From Methanomassiliicoccales archaeon UBA280 (GTDB lineage Archaea; Thermoplasmatota; Thermoplasmata; SG8-5), in assembly GCA_002499085.1 (NCBI GenBank), contig DAKD01000032.1, positions 1,315-65,314 of the forward strand: DNA of 64,000 nucleotides, in the 5' to 3' direction. Positions 55,925 to 64,000 of the stretch are shown piece after piece. Made by a program: the position numbers and the translations under genes. Numbering within the stretch: position 1 is the first letter of the stretch; every line of letters starts with the position of its first letter. The notes beneath the pieces were generated by a model. That model did no database searches and was not told where the DNA came from. It saw only the letters and a list, made by a program, of their open reading frames with translations.

Positions 55925-56586
55925 TAATAAAGGTGCAGCCCGTCCTCTACCTTGCCCAGCTCGATCGGCGTCGTGCGCTCCCCGACCATCGCGCCCTTCG
56001 AGTTGGCTATCATGCAGGCCCCCACCTGGCCCGTGCCGTAATTGGCCGTGCATATTGCCGGCTTGAGGCCCAGCACCCGTTCCATGAGTTCCATCTCGGC
56101 CGATGACGTGTGCGGGTGGCATATCAGTCCCTTGTTCGTGGCCACGGCTGCCGAGCCGACTGTGCTGTATCCTGCGACTGTGCCCCTTTCGACGGGAACG
56201 CCGAGCGCTTTGGAAATCAGGTTTATGGTGGAGTCCTCGAAATCCGGATGCACTATCGCGCCGTTGTCATTGGCCAGAATGTTGTTGCCCATGGCATTGT
56301 GCCTTTCCGCAATCCTTGTTACCTTGACATGCTGCGCGATCCTCTTTATCTCGTCGTCGAACATGGATTGGGCGGCCACCGCGCCGTTGGAGTTCATGCG
56401 GATGAGCGAGCCCAGCGTGCTGCTGCCGTCCACGGACATCCTGATCACGTTTTCCACTCCGAGGTACTTTGAGACTCTCTCGGGAAAATCAGCCTGCGTG
56501 GCATGCGGGACAACGGCAAGCGTCTCACTCGAGGCGCAGAAAACACCCACATAGGGGTTGCCGAAAATCATTCCCTTGCCCAGCAT
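55924..56586 (-). CDS. eif6: Translation initiation factor 6 (aIF6)
   Basis: FGNPYVGVF start and five-fold pseudo-symmetric repeats (SNGAVV, NDNGAIV, TNKGLICHP, NSKGAMVG). Confidence 0.92.
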   Translation of the reverse strand: MLGKGMIFGNPYVGVFCASSETLAVVPHATQADFPERVSKYLGVENVIRMSVDGSSTLGSLIRMNSNGAVAAQSMFDDEIKRIAQHVKVTRIAERHNAMGNNILANDNGAIVHPDFEDSTINLISKALGVPVERGTVAGYSTVGSAAVATNKGLICHPHTSSAEMELMERVLGLKPAICTANYGTGQVGACMIANSKGAMVGERTTPIELGKVEDGLHLY

Positions 56587-56597
56587 GAGAGAATCGC

Positions 56598-56882
56598 CTA
56601 CTCGTCAGGCAGCAGAACTTCCACCAGGTCCTCGCCCTCCACCCATGCGACCTTGAGCGTGACCTTGTTCGGGGGGTTCTCTATTCCCCTGGCCCATATC
56701 ATCTCATTGACTTCCTTGTCGATCCAGACGTTCTCGGGCTCTGCCTTCCTGTGCCTCACGACATATTCCCTGATGAGCTTGATGGCCTTCGGGGCCCTCT
56801 TTGTCCTGGGACATCTCAGAAGGTCGCGCAGCGGGATGGTGTAAACCTGTTCCTTGAATTCCTTTTCTTTGTCGTCTGCCAT
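56598..56882 (-). CDS. rpl31e: 50S ribosomal protein L31e
   Basis: YTIPLR...RTKRAPKAIKLIREYVVRH...VWIDKEVNEMIWARGIENPP. Confidence 0.93.
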   Translation of the reverse strand: MADDKEKEFKEQVYTIPLRDLLRCPRTKRAPKAIKLIREYVVRHRKAEPENVWIDKEVNEMIWARGIENPPNKVTLKVAWVEGEDLVEVLLPDE

Positions 56883-56892
56883 TTCAATCCCT

Positions 56893-57048
56893 CTAGACCT
56901 TCAGCCTGTTCCTCCGCCACGACCTCTGCTTGGGATGGCGCATGAACCTGCGGTTCGTCCTCTGGATCACCCATGCCGGAACGCGCCTGTTCGAGTTTGT
57001 GGCCTTGCAGAGCCTCAGTTTCCTTGCGAATGGTTTGTTTCTTGCCAT
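56893..57048 (-). CDS. rpl39e: 50S ribosomal protein L39e (51 aa; below the ORF-track cutoff)
   Basis: Manual translation gives [51 protein letters not shown]. Located in the conserved S19e-L39e-L31e-aIF6 cluster. Confidence 0.9.
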   Translation of the reverse strand: MARNKPFARKLRLCKATNSNRRVPAWVIQRTNRRFMRHPKQRSWRRNRLKV

Positions 57049-57057
57049 CTTATCCCT

Positions 57058-57402
57058 CTATCTTCTTGTTATCTTGATCTCCCGTTTCTCGGGCGTGAGC
57101 CTTTCCAGGATCTGGACGAGGCTTGCATCGTCAATCACCGCATGCAGTTTTCCCTGCTGCGCCAGCATTATCAGCTGGTTCTCCACGGCCACGGCGAAGT
57201 CCGCTCGGGCCGTCCTCAGCCTTGCCAGGCGCTCCCTGGCATCGGGGGCGAGTATCTGCCGCAGGACCGCCTGCCTCTGCGCCTCGTACTGGGCATCGGC
57301 CTGGGCCTGTGCGGCCTGCTGGACCCCGTCGTCAGCCTGGTCCTGCTGGAGGGCCTCGAGCTTCCTGCGCCTTATCTCCTGAAGCTCCTTGTCGTCGTCC
57401 AT
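57058..57402 (-). CDS. PDCD5/TFAR19-like DNA-binding protein
   Basis: LRQILAPDARERLARL...ENQLIMLAQQGKL...IDDASLVQILERL, plus its conserved position between S19e and L39e. Confidence 0.85.
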   Translation of the reverse strand: MDDDKELQEIRRRKLEALQQDQADDGVQQAAQAQADAQYEAQRQAVLRQILAPDARERLARLRTARADFAVAVENQLIMLAQQGKLHAVIDDASLVQILERLTPEKREIKITRR

Positions 57403-57410
57403 ACGACCGC

Positions 57411-57869
57411 CTACATTCGGTATTTTGCGAGCCTTGGGTTATCCTTGGCCTGCTCGGTGAATATGGCATGGGATGTGTTGTCCAGCAGCTTCTGACCCTG
57501 GGCAGTGATCATGCGGCCTTTCTTCTTCTGGTTGGATACCAGGCCGGATGATTCAAGTTGCTGCAACGAGAGCCTGATTATGGACCTGCTTCCGGACCAG
57601 GCATGGTACGGGGACGAGCCCTTGTCCACAGGGCCGCCGAACTCGGCTGCCAGCTTTTCCGTGCCGATGGGGCCCATCATGTAGACCTTCCTGAGCACGG
57701 CCGCAACGCGGGTGTACCACCAGTCCGGCGTTTCCGGAGCCTTCTCCCTGTGAATGCCTGTCTTTACGAAGGCGGACCATTCGGGCGGCTGAATCGTGTC
57801 CTTCTTCTTGAGCTCCTCTGCTATGCTCGAAATGAGCTTGTCCGCGGGTACATCGTAAGCGGTGGTCAT
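57411..57869 (-). CDS. rps19e: 30S ribosomal protein S19e
   Basis: TAYDVPADKLI...PPEWSAFVKTG...WWYTRVAAVLRKVY. Confidence 0.93.
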   Translation of the reverse strand: MTTAYDVPADKLISSIAEELKKKDTIQPPEWSAFVKTGIHREKAPETPDWWYTRVAAVLRKVYMMGPIGTEKLAAEFGGPVDKGSSPYHAWSGSRSIIRLSLQQLESSGLVSNQKKKGRMITAQGQKLLDNTSHAIFTEQAKDNPRLAKYRM

Positions 57870-58106
57870 TTTTTCCCCCAGTATATTATATATGGACTGG
57901 AAGTAGTGCCCCTAAAGAGCATGGGGTATTTTATGTTTGTCCTGTTCCATGCGTATTTGGACCTGTGTGTCGGGCAGCATGGCATCTTAAATATTAAGTA
58001 TTCGTCTGGCAATCAGGGTCGCACAGAAGGGATGCCTGAGGGATGCGCGGCAATGGATCCCCATTGGCCGGCACGTCAGGCCCCGGACATTGCTCTGGGG
58101 TGACAC

Positions 58107-60116
58107 ATGACAGATATCGCCGAGAAGCTGGGCAAGCAGCAGAAAGAGATTTCCATAGCGGAATTTTTCGAGAAGAACAAGCAGATACTGGGCTTCGACT
58201 CCCAGACCAAGTCTCTGATAACGGCCGTCAAGGAGGGAGTGGACAACTCGCTGGACGCCTGCGAGGAGGCAAGGATCCTTCCCGACATTATCGTCGAGGT
58301 CACCGAGACAGAGAAGGGCGAGTTCAAGATCGTCATAGAGGACAACGGCCCCGGAATAGTGAAGAAGCAGATTCCCAATGTTTTCGGCAGGCTTCTCTAC
58401 GGCTCAAGGTTCCATGCCATACGCCAGTCGAGGGGACAGCAGGGAATCGGCATTTCCGCGGTGGTCATGTACAGCCAGCTTACGACGGGCAAGCCCGCAT
58501 TTATAATGTCCAAGATCGGGACCGAGGAAGTGGCCCATTATGTGAAGCTGGTTCTGGATATAAAGAAGAACAGGCCGGACATCATAGAGGAGGACTTCAG
58601 GATGTGGGACGGCAAGGCCCACGGCACCAGGCTGGAGGTCTATGTCAAGGGCAGGTACATCACAGGCAAGCAGTCCATTCTTGAGTATCTCAGGGCCACG
58701 GCCATAGTCAATCCCCATGTCCAGATAACGTTCAGAGACCCCATGGGCGGTGTCATCAGCCTGCCGCGGGTGAGCGAGGATCTGCCCAAGGAGACGGTCG
58801 AATCAAAGCCCCATCCGGAAGGGATAGAATTGGGCCAGCTCATGAGCATGGCCAAGGTCAGCGAGCACCGCAAGCTCACTGCCTTCCTGACGCATGAATT
58901 CTCGAGGGTGAGCCCGCGTGTGGCCAAGGAGATCTGCGACAAGGCCCTGGTGCCGGAGAACAGGAGCCCGAAACGCATGTCCCTGGAGGAGGGAGCCGCA
59001 TTGCTGAAGGCGATAGGGGAAGTCAAGATAATGGCGCCGAAGGCTGACTGCCTCACTCCGATCGGCGATGTGCTTATCAGGAAAGGCCTCAGGAACGTCC
59101 TGGAGGGTCTCAAGCCCGGATTCTACGCGCCCCCCATTTCCAGGGAGCCGAAAGTCTACTCAGGCCACCCGTTCCTCATAGAAGTGGGGATCGTTTACGG
59201 CGGGCAGCTTCCAAAGGATGCGCAGGTCGACATTCTCAGGTTCGGAAACAGAGTGCCGCTGCTCTACCAGCAGGGCGCCGACGTCATAACGAAAGCAATT
59301 GCGGAGGTAGACTGGCGCAGGTACGGGCTTGAGCAGAGGGGCGGCAAAGGCTTACCTTTCGGGCCTGCGATAATTCTGGTGCATGTGGCATCGAGCCAGC
59401 TGCCTTTCACGTCCGAAGCCAAGGAGGCGATAGCCAACCTGGACCCGATAAGGGAGGAGATAGTCAGGGCGCTCAGGCTGTGCGCCCGGAACCTGAAAGT
59501 GCATCTGGGCAAGAAAGCCAGGCGCTCCAAGACCCAGGAGAAGTTCGACATCGTCCAGCTTCTCATCCCGGAGATTGCCAAGAAGGCGGCCAGCATTGTC
59601 GGCAAGCCTGTTCCTGCGCTCGGGAAGACAGTGACTGGCATCATGAACGTTATATGGATCGATGACAAGGTGGAATACGCCAAGGGCCGCCACAAAGTGA
59701 CCATCAACATACACAACTACATGGCCACGGGCCAGAAGTTCAGCGTGCACAGCATTGTCCCGGGGGCCAACCTGGACAGGAAGAAGATGTCACCGGAGCC
59801 AGACAGCGTGAACGGGGATAAACTCACTTGGAACCTCAAGAGGCTGGCCACGACAGAAATCCAAACGATAACCTTTGAACTCGCGGGTCTGGACCAGGAC
59901 GGATACCAGGAGGCCGAGATATTTGTCAGCGGAATAGACCATTCCAAGGTGATAGGCGCCGAACCCCTTCCGGGAGACTGGGACCTGGACGGCACAGGCC
60001 AGTATTCGCTGTTCTCATTCGGGGAAGAGGCTGAGGAGGAGGTCGCCGAAGAGGAGGACGACGAGAACGGCGTGGACTATGACGAACAAACCGAGGTGAT
60101 CTCCGATGATGAATGA
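58107..60116 (+). CDS. top6B: DNA topoisomerase VI subunit B
   Basis: [17 protein letters not shown] start and Bergerat-fold motifs ([21 protein letters not shown]). Acidic C-terminal tail. Confidence 0.95.
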   Translation: MTDIAEKLGKQQKEISIAEFFEKNKQILGFDSQTKSLITAVKEGVDNSLDACEEARILPDIIVEVTETEKGEFKIVIEDNGPGIVKKQIPNVFGRLLYGSRFHAIRQSRGQQGIGISAVVMYSQLTTGKPAFIMSKIGTEEVAHYVKLVLDIKKNRPDIIEEDFRMWDGKAHGTRLEVYVKGRYITGKQSILEYLRATAIVNPHVQITFRDPMGGVISLPRVSEDLPKETVESKPHPEGIELGQLMSMAKVSEHRKLTAFLTHEFSRVSPRVAKEICDKALVPENRSPKRMSLEEGAALLKAIGEVKIMAPKADCLTPIGDVLIRKGLRNVLEGLKPGFYAPPISREPKVYSGHPFLIEVGIVYGGQLPKDAQVDILRFGNRVPLLYQQGADVITKAIAEVDWRRYGLEQRGGKGLPFGPAIILVHVASSQLPFTSEAKEAIANLDPIREEIVRALRLCARNLKVHLGKKARRSKTQEKFDIVQLLIPEIAKKAASIVGKPVPALGKTVTGIMNVIWIDDKVEYAKGRHKVTINIHNYMATGQKFSVHSIVPGANLDRKKMSPEPDSVNGDKLTWNLKRLATTEIQTITFELAGLDQDGYQEAEIFVSGIDHSKVIGAEPLPGDWDLDGTGQYSLFSFGEEAEEEVAEEEDDENGVDYDEQTEVISDDE

Positions 60117-61209
60117 CCCGAGGAACCACAGGGCCGTGGAGGAGCTGTACAAGATAGCGGACGAGATATACAACCAGATCGACAGGGGCCAGATACCCAG
60201 GATGAGCATACCCCTCAGGTCCAAGAAGAACATACAGTTCGCACCGCGGAAAGGTGTCTGGAAGTACGGAAACCTGCACGGGGTGAGAAGCGCCAAGAAG
60301 ATGACGGGCGCCTACATGCTCCTCAGGACGATGTACATGCTGGAGTTCATCAAGGACATGATAAAGGACCAGAAATCGTCCACGCTCAGGGAGATGTACT
60401 ACATCTCGGAGGGCTGGGGCCATGCCAAGTTCGGCTCCCAGGACGAGAGCAACAACCTGGCAGAGGACCTGGAGATTGTGACCACATGCATGAGGGAGGA
60501 CTTCAAGCTGCGGCCCGAGGAGGACGGGGCCAGGGTGATTGGCAACCTCACGCTGATGGAGACCAACCGAAAGGGAGAGAAGAAGAAGATCAACCTCAGG
60601 GACGACGTCGGGGATTCGGGCTACGGCATTCCCTTCAACGTCGAGAAGGACAAGATCAACCTGCTGGAAACCGACGCCAAGTTCGTTATCGCCATAGAAA
60701 CGGGCGGTATGTTCGACAGGCTGGTGGAGAACGGTTTCGACGAGGATTTCAACGCGATCATCCTGCATCTGAAAGGCCAGCCCGCCCGCTCGACCAGGCG
60801 GTTCATGAAGCGCCTCAACGAGGAGCTGAACCTCCCGATAGTGGTATTCACCGACGGAGACCCATGGTCCTTCAGGATATTCTCCTCCATCGCTTACGGC
60901 GCCATCAAGACCGCCCACATCTCGGAATACCTTGCCACGCCCACGGCCATGTTCGTGGGCATAACCAGCTCGGACATAATGAATTACGAGCTCCCCACCG
61001 ACAAGCTGAACGACAAGGACATAAAGGCTCTGCAGTCCGAGCTAACTGACCCAAGGTTCAAGGACCGGTTCTGGAAGGACGAGATAGAGCTCATGCTGAA
61101 GATTGGCAAGAAGGCGGAACAGCAGGCGCTGGCGAAGTACGGTTTGGATTTCGTGACCGATAAATATTTGCCCGAGAAGCTTACGGAATTGGGCATCCTC
61201 AAGCAATAG
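60106..61209 (+). CDS. top6A: DNA topoisomerase VI subunit A (Spo11 family)
   Basis: STLREMYY (catalytic Tyr region) and Toprim IAIETGGMF...FTDGDPWS. 11-nt overlap with top6B. Confidence 0.95.
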   Translation: MMNDPRNHRAVEELYKIADEIYNQIDRGQIPRMSIPLRSKKNIQFAPRKGVWKYGNLHGVRSAKKMTGAYMLLRTMYMLEFIKDMIKDQKSSTLREMYYISEGWGHAKFGSQDESNNLAEDLEIVTTCMREDFKLRPEEDGARVIGNLTLMETNRKGEKKKINLRDDVGDSGYGIPFNVEKDKINLLETDAKFVIAIETGGMFDRLVENGFDEDFNAIILHLKGQPARSTRRFMKRLNEELNLPIVVFTDGDPWSFRIFSSIAYGAIKTAHISEYLATPTAMFVGITSSDIMNYELPTDKLNDKDIKALQSELTDPRFKDRFWKDEIELMLKIGKKAEQQALAKYGLDFVTDKYLPEKLTELGILKQ

Positions 61210-61387
61210 CCTGCATGGTCTTATGCAGGCAGGATGTACCGAGCGAGCATGCGAGGGCGAGTTTTCTCCGAAGATGGCGAAGCCGTCGAGGCCCCGCCGA
61301 CATCCGAAGGATTCGGTGAGGGTTTTGCTGAATATTTTTCTTTTGGAGCCCGAGCCGGCGCAGCGAGGTTAAAAGAAAAATACTCAG

Positions 61388-61483
61388 GCCGAGCAGCAGG
61401 CATTGGCGAAATACGGTCTCGACTTCGTTACGGACAAATACCTGCCTGAGAAGCTCACAGAATTGGGCATTCTGAAAGCATGA
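61388..61483 (+). pseudogene. Second, synonymously diverged copy of the last 31 codons of top6A
   Basis: Translates as [31 protein letters not shown], against [31 protein letters not shown] in the intact gene. About 17 nucleotide differences, nearly all at third positions. Confidence 0.8.
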
Positions 61484-61898
61484 TGTTGCAGCATGCCCCG
61501 GGTGTGCAACGAATTGCGAGCGAAATCGAATATTGGCAATTCGTCTTACTCACATTGATGCTGGAATCTGCTATTGGCTACAATGTTCGTGAGCCCGGGG
61601 TTGAGATTTCTCGCACCCTAAGTGCGCGTTTCACAGCGTGCATAGAATCCCTTCAAGCCTCGCCTGGCATTCAATTGCATTTTATTAGGGCGAGGTACTA
61701 TTTTCTTGGCTCTAGCACAGATTCGTCTCTCTCATCCTTTTCTACCAATCAACCACCCATACCGTGTCCGCGAGTTTTTCTTTTTGAGCTCCGAACTGTG
61801 CTGGCCAGCCCTGCGCAAAAAGAAAAATTCATTAATAGAAAAACTCCGGGCTGGCCTGCTCGTTCTCCGCAATGCTAGCGTTCAAGGAAACGCCAGTT

Positions 61899-64000
61899 TT
61901 ACCAATCCACAGTCCAAACGCTATCCGCGACAACATGCACCCAGTACCCCTGCCCCGGCATCATGTACTCGCCCGGCCCCATCTCCCTGAGGAGGCTTGG
62001 GCCTGAGGGGTCGAACGCCTCCACGCGGTCCGCGCCAGTGCCCCAGAGGGCTTCCGCGACCGTCCGGGAGGTCTGCGCCGGGTAACCGACCAGGTTCCAG
62101 CCGGCGTGAAGCGGTATCTGCGTGGTTTGGGGAATTTCCCCGAACACAGTGAGCGTGCAGTTCTCCAGAGCGTAGAGCCAGAATCCCATGGCATTGTCTG
62201 CTCCGGTCAAGTCGTTCGAGGTTCCGTTCGCCCGATAGGTCTTCCAGGGGTCTGCGGTGTCCAGAGAATCGTAGTATTTGGCCACGCTCCATTTGCCGGA
62301 GATGGAGGAAAGAACACTTTCAAAGGATCTGTCGGTCAGAATGAGGGGGATTGATATTAGATTCCAGCCGGCGGAAATGCTGATGTTGAAGGACGAGATA
62401 TAAGGTTCCCTGACTGCATTGATGTTGCCATCCTCGCCGGCGACATTCTGGGCCTCCACGACGTACCACCACAATATCAAGTCGGCCCGGCCTCTGTTCA
62501 TGTCAACAAAGGTGAAAGTGTTCCCGGGAACGCTGTCAACGTATTCCCAGGGCCCGGTATCGGATTCAGACCTGTAGATGTTGAACCGGTCCACGAACCC
62601 GGAGCCGTCATGGGTCCAGTTGAGGGTGTTGTGCTCGTAAGGGTTGCCTTCGCCCCAGTGCTCCACCGTTAAGTTAGCGGGGGATGTGGGTGGGGTATGG
62701 GGTGCTCCAGTGATGCTCGAGGGCGTGGAATTGTGGTCAAAACCGAGTACGAACTCCGGAAGTACATGCCAGGTCACTTGCACGTTGTCATACATGCCTC
62801 GGAAGGTGCTTAAACTCATACCGGGAGTTGTGGCCCTTGCGGCTATCTTCAGGTAATATGTGGATGCAGAATTCACATGCTCGCTGACGTCGAGCGGCCC
62901 GACTGTTACCCATGGGCTCCAGCCCGATATGGAGGAGCTCCATATGGCGCTGTTTACACTGGGGGTGCCTGAGAATGTATCGATGAACACATAGAAATTT
63001 GCACCATAAATGTTATAGTAGTTACTGCACGTCCAACTAAAGTTCAGTGACACAGAGCTTGGAGCCGATGACGGAGTGAAAGCCTGTTGCCAATAGCCGC
63101 CCTGTTCCAACAGAACAGGCAGCATATCATTGCGATTGACATCTATGCTCGCTGCACCAGAAACCCAACTGCTTGTCCCGCCCCCCCAATTGAAGAAAGT
63201 CCACCCATCAGTGCCGTCTGCGAAATCTGGGTTCACTGTGCTTTCAGTAATCGCACCGCCGTATCTCTCGGCGTCCAGCCATATCTCCACGTAATACCTG
63301 TCACCCGTATCTAACATGATGTCAGGTGCCTCGTGTGCCCAAGTGAAGCTGTGATATGTTTCGAACGCGCTCACATTTTCGTCGTCCCTGCCTGTCTCGA
63401 ATAGCAGCTCCCCGGTGCTTTCCTTATACACACTGGCAAACAGGTGCCCGCCTAGTACCGAGCTGTTCGTCACATATCCGTACATGTCAAATGTCCACGT
63501 TCCAGCTATGCTTGCGGAGTGAGTGAGCGGGTCGCTTATCCATTTGTTCTGGAGTATGTGTTCTCCGCTTTGGAGTATTGCCCCTGTGCTGGCAATCTGT
63601 ATGCCGGTCTCGAATGGCTCGTTGCTCAGGTTCTTGTAGCCAGGAACAATGGAATTCTGAACCTGCAGGTATTGCCGAACCAACTCGGGCGTACCCCACG
63701 GTTCCATCAGCGGGTAGTTGTCCTGCGCCCCCATGCCTCCCTCGATATCCGTGTACGGCGTGTCCCCGATTCCATCCGCGCCCGGGATGTCCTGGTCCGG
63801 GCCGGAATATTCATCTGTACCGTTGAAATCAGACCAGTAGTTGCCGCCCGAGGGGTAGCTGTCGTTCCAGATGTTGCTTCCGGTGTCATCGTAAGCTTGG
63901 ACAGTATTGTTAATAAAATTGTTATTAACGATTATGTTGCAATCAGAGAAGGTGAGGTCCAAACCATAATCGTTGTTTGAAATGGTATTGTTGAATACCG
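61899..64000 (-). CDS. Large secreted surface protein, partial (N-terminus beyond the window): right-handed beta-helix (NosD-like) repeats, FN3-like domain and conserved C-terminal domain
   Basis: NNFINNTVQAYDDTGSNIWNDSYPSGGNYWSDF...GADGIGDTPY beta-helix signature. FN3-like PANLTVEH...FNIYRSESDTGPWEYV. The ORF is still open at position 64000. Confidence 0.75.
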   Translation of the reverse strand, partial: VFNNTISNNDYGLDLTFSDCNIIVNNNFINNTVQAYDDTGSNIWNDSYPSGGNYWSDFNGTDEYSGPDQDIPGADGIGDTPYTDIEGGMGAQDNYPLMEPWGTPELVRQYLQVQNSIVPGYKNLSNEPFETGIQIASTGAILQSGEHILQNKWISDPLTHSASIAGTWTFDMYGYVTNSSVLGGHLFASVYKESTGELLFETGRDDENVSAFETYHSFTWAHEAPDIMLDTGDRYYVEIWLDAERYGGAITESTVNPDFADGTDGWTFFNWGGGTSSWVSGAASIDVNRNDMLPVLLEQGGYWQQAFTPSSAPSSVSLNFSWTCSNYYNIYGANFYVFIDTFSGTPSVNSAIWSSSISGWSPWVTVGPLDVSEHVNSASTYYLKIAARATTPGMSLSTFRGMYDNVQVTWHVLPEFVLGFDHNSTPSSITGAPHTPPTSPANLTVEHWGEGNPYEHNTLNWTHDGSGFVDRFNIYRSESDTGPWEYVDSVPGNTFTFVDMNRGRADLILWWYVVEAQNVAGEDGNINAVREPYISSFNISISAGWNLISIPLILTDRSFESVLSSISGKWSVAKYYDSLDTADPWKTYRANGTSNDLTGADNAMGFWLYALENCTLTVFGEIPQTTQIPLHAGWNLVGYPAQTSRTVAEALWGTGADRVEAFDPSGPSLLREMGPGEYMMPGQGYWVHVVADSVWTVDW

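Noticed and set aside
53166-56066. Dozens of ORFs across the CRISPR array (periodic peptides such as VSMPRRRAGAT, FQCLVGGRER, SLPPAYEALK)
   Set aside because: They are translations of the 32-nt repeat in different frames, an artefact of the array periodicity.
59926-60918. 330-aa minus-strand ORF opposite top6B/top6A
   Set aside because: Shadow ORF. The Topo VI motifs are on the plus strand.
61120-61483. Diversity-generating retroelement (TR/VR pair) as an explanation for the top6A 3' duplication
   Set aside because: Differences between the copies are not adenine-specific (they include G>A, C>T, T>C and G>T at wobble positions). No reverse transcriptase is nearby.

Overview
GC-rich archaeal chromosome segment. 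The gene set is euryarchaeal: Hef, ATP-dependent DNA ligase, Topo VI A/B, the S19e-PDCD5-L39e-L31e-aIF6 cluster, ArcS, aTrm56, PPDK, ADP-forming acetyl-CoA synthetase, Thi4 and a stand-alone 5S rRNA. A Thermoplasmatota/Methanomassiliicoccales-like origin is only an inference. Most of the window is housekeeping, with four kinds of non-ordinary content. (1) A complete type I-G (formerly I-U) CRISPR-Cas locus at 43170-55924 with a 40-repeat array. It is compositionally chimeric: cas3-csb3-csb1-csb2 is AT-rich and sits between GC-rich cas6 and cas4/cas1/cas2. It also carries an extra stand-alone cas6 and an AAA+/DUF4143 ATPase between cas4 and cas1, translationally coupled to cas1. (2) Three housekeeping genes have a second, mostly synonymously diverged copy of one terminus nearby: ligase 5' end, a methyltransferase 5' end, and top6A 3' end. 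The ligase case encloses a decayed integrated element with a tyrosine-integrase C-terminal remnant and an AT-rich AbiEii/AbiEi toxin-antitoxin pair. (3) tRNA-Ser(GGA) is interrupted by a ~70-nt non-canonical intron in the T-loop. (4) The intergenic regions are unusually large and filled with several dispersed repeat families, including a ~185-bp MITE-like element built from TAGGGTC heptamers (2 copies) and a modular ~340-bp hairpin-rich repeat (4 loci). Other oddities are a ribbon-helix-helix domain fused to a proteasome alpha-type subunit next to a PAC2 chaperone, and a STAND-type ATPase-TPR protein with a Roadblock-like insert. Many long antisense ORFs in the track are GC-driven shadows and are not called. 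All function calls rest on motifs read by eye; no database search was run.
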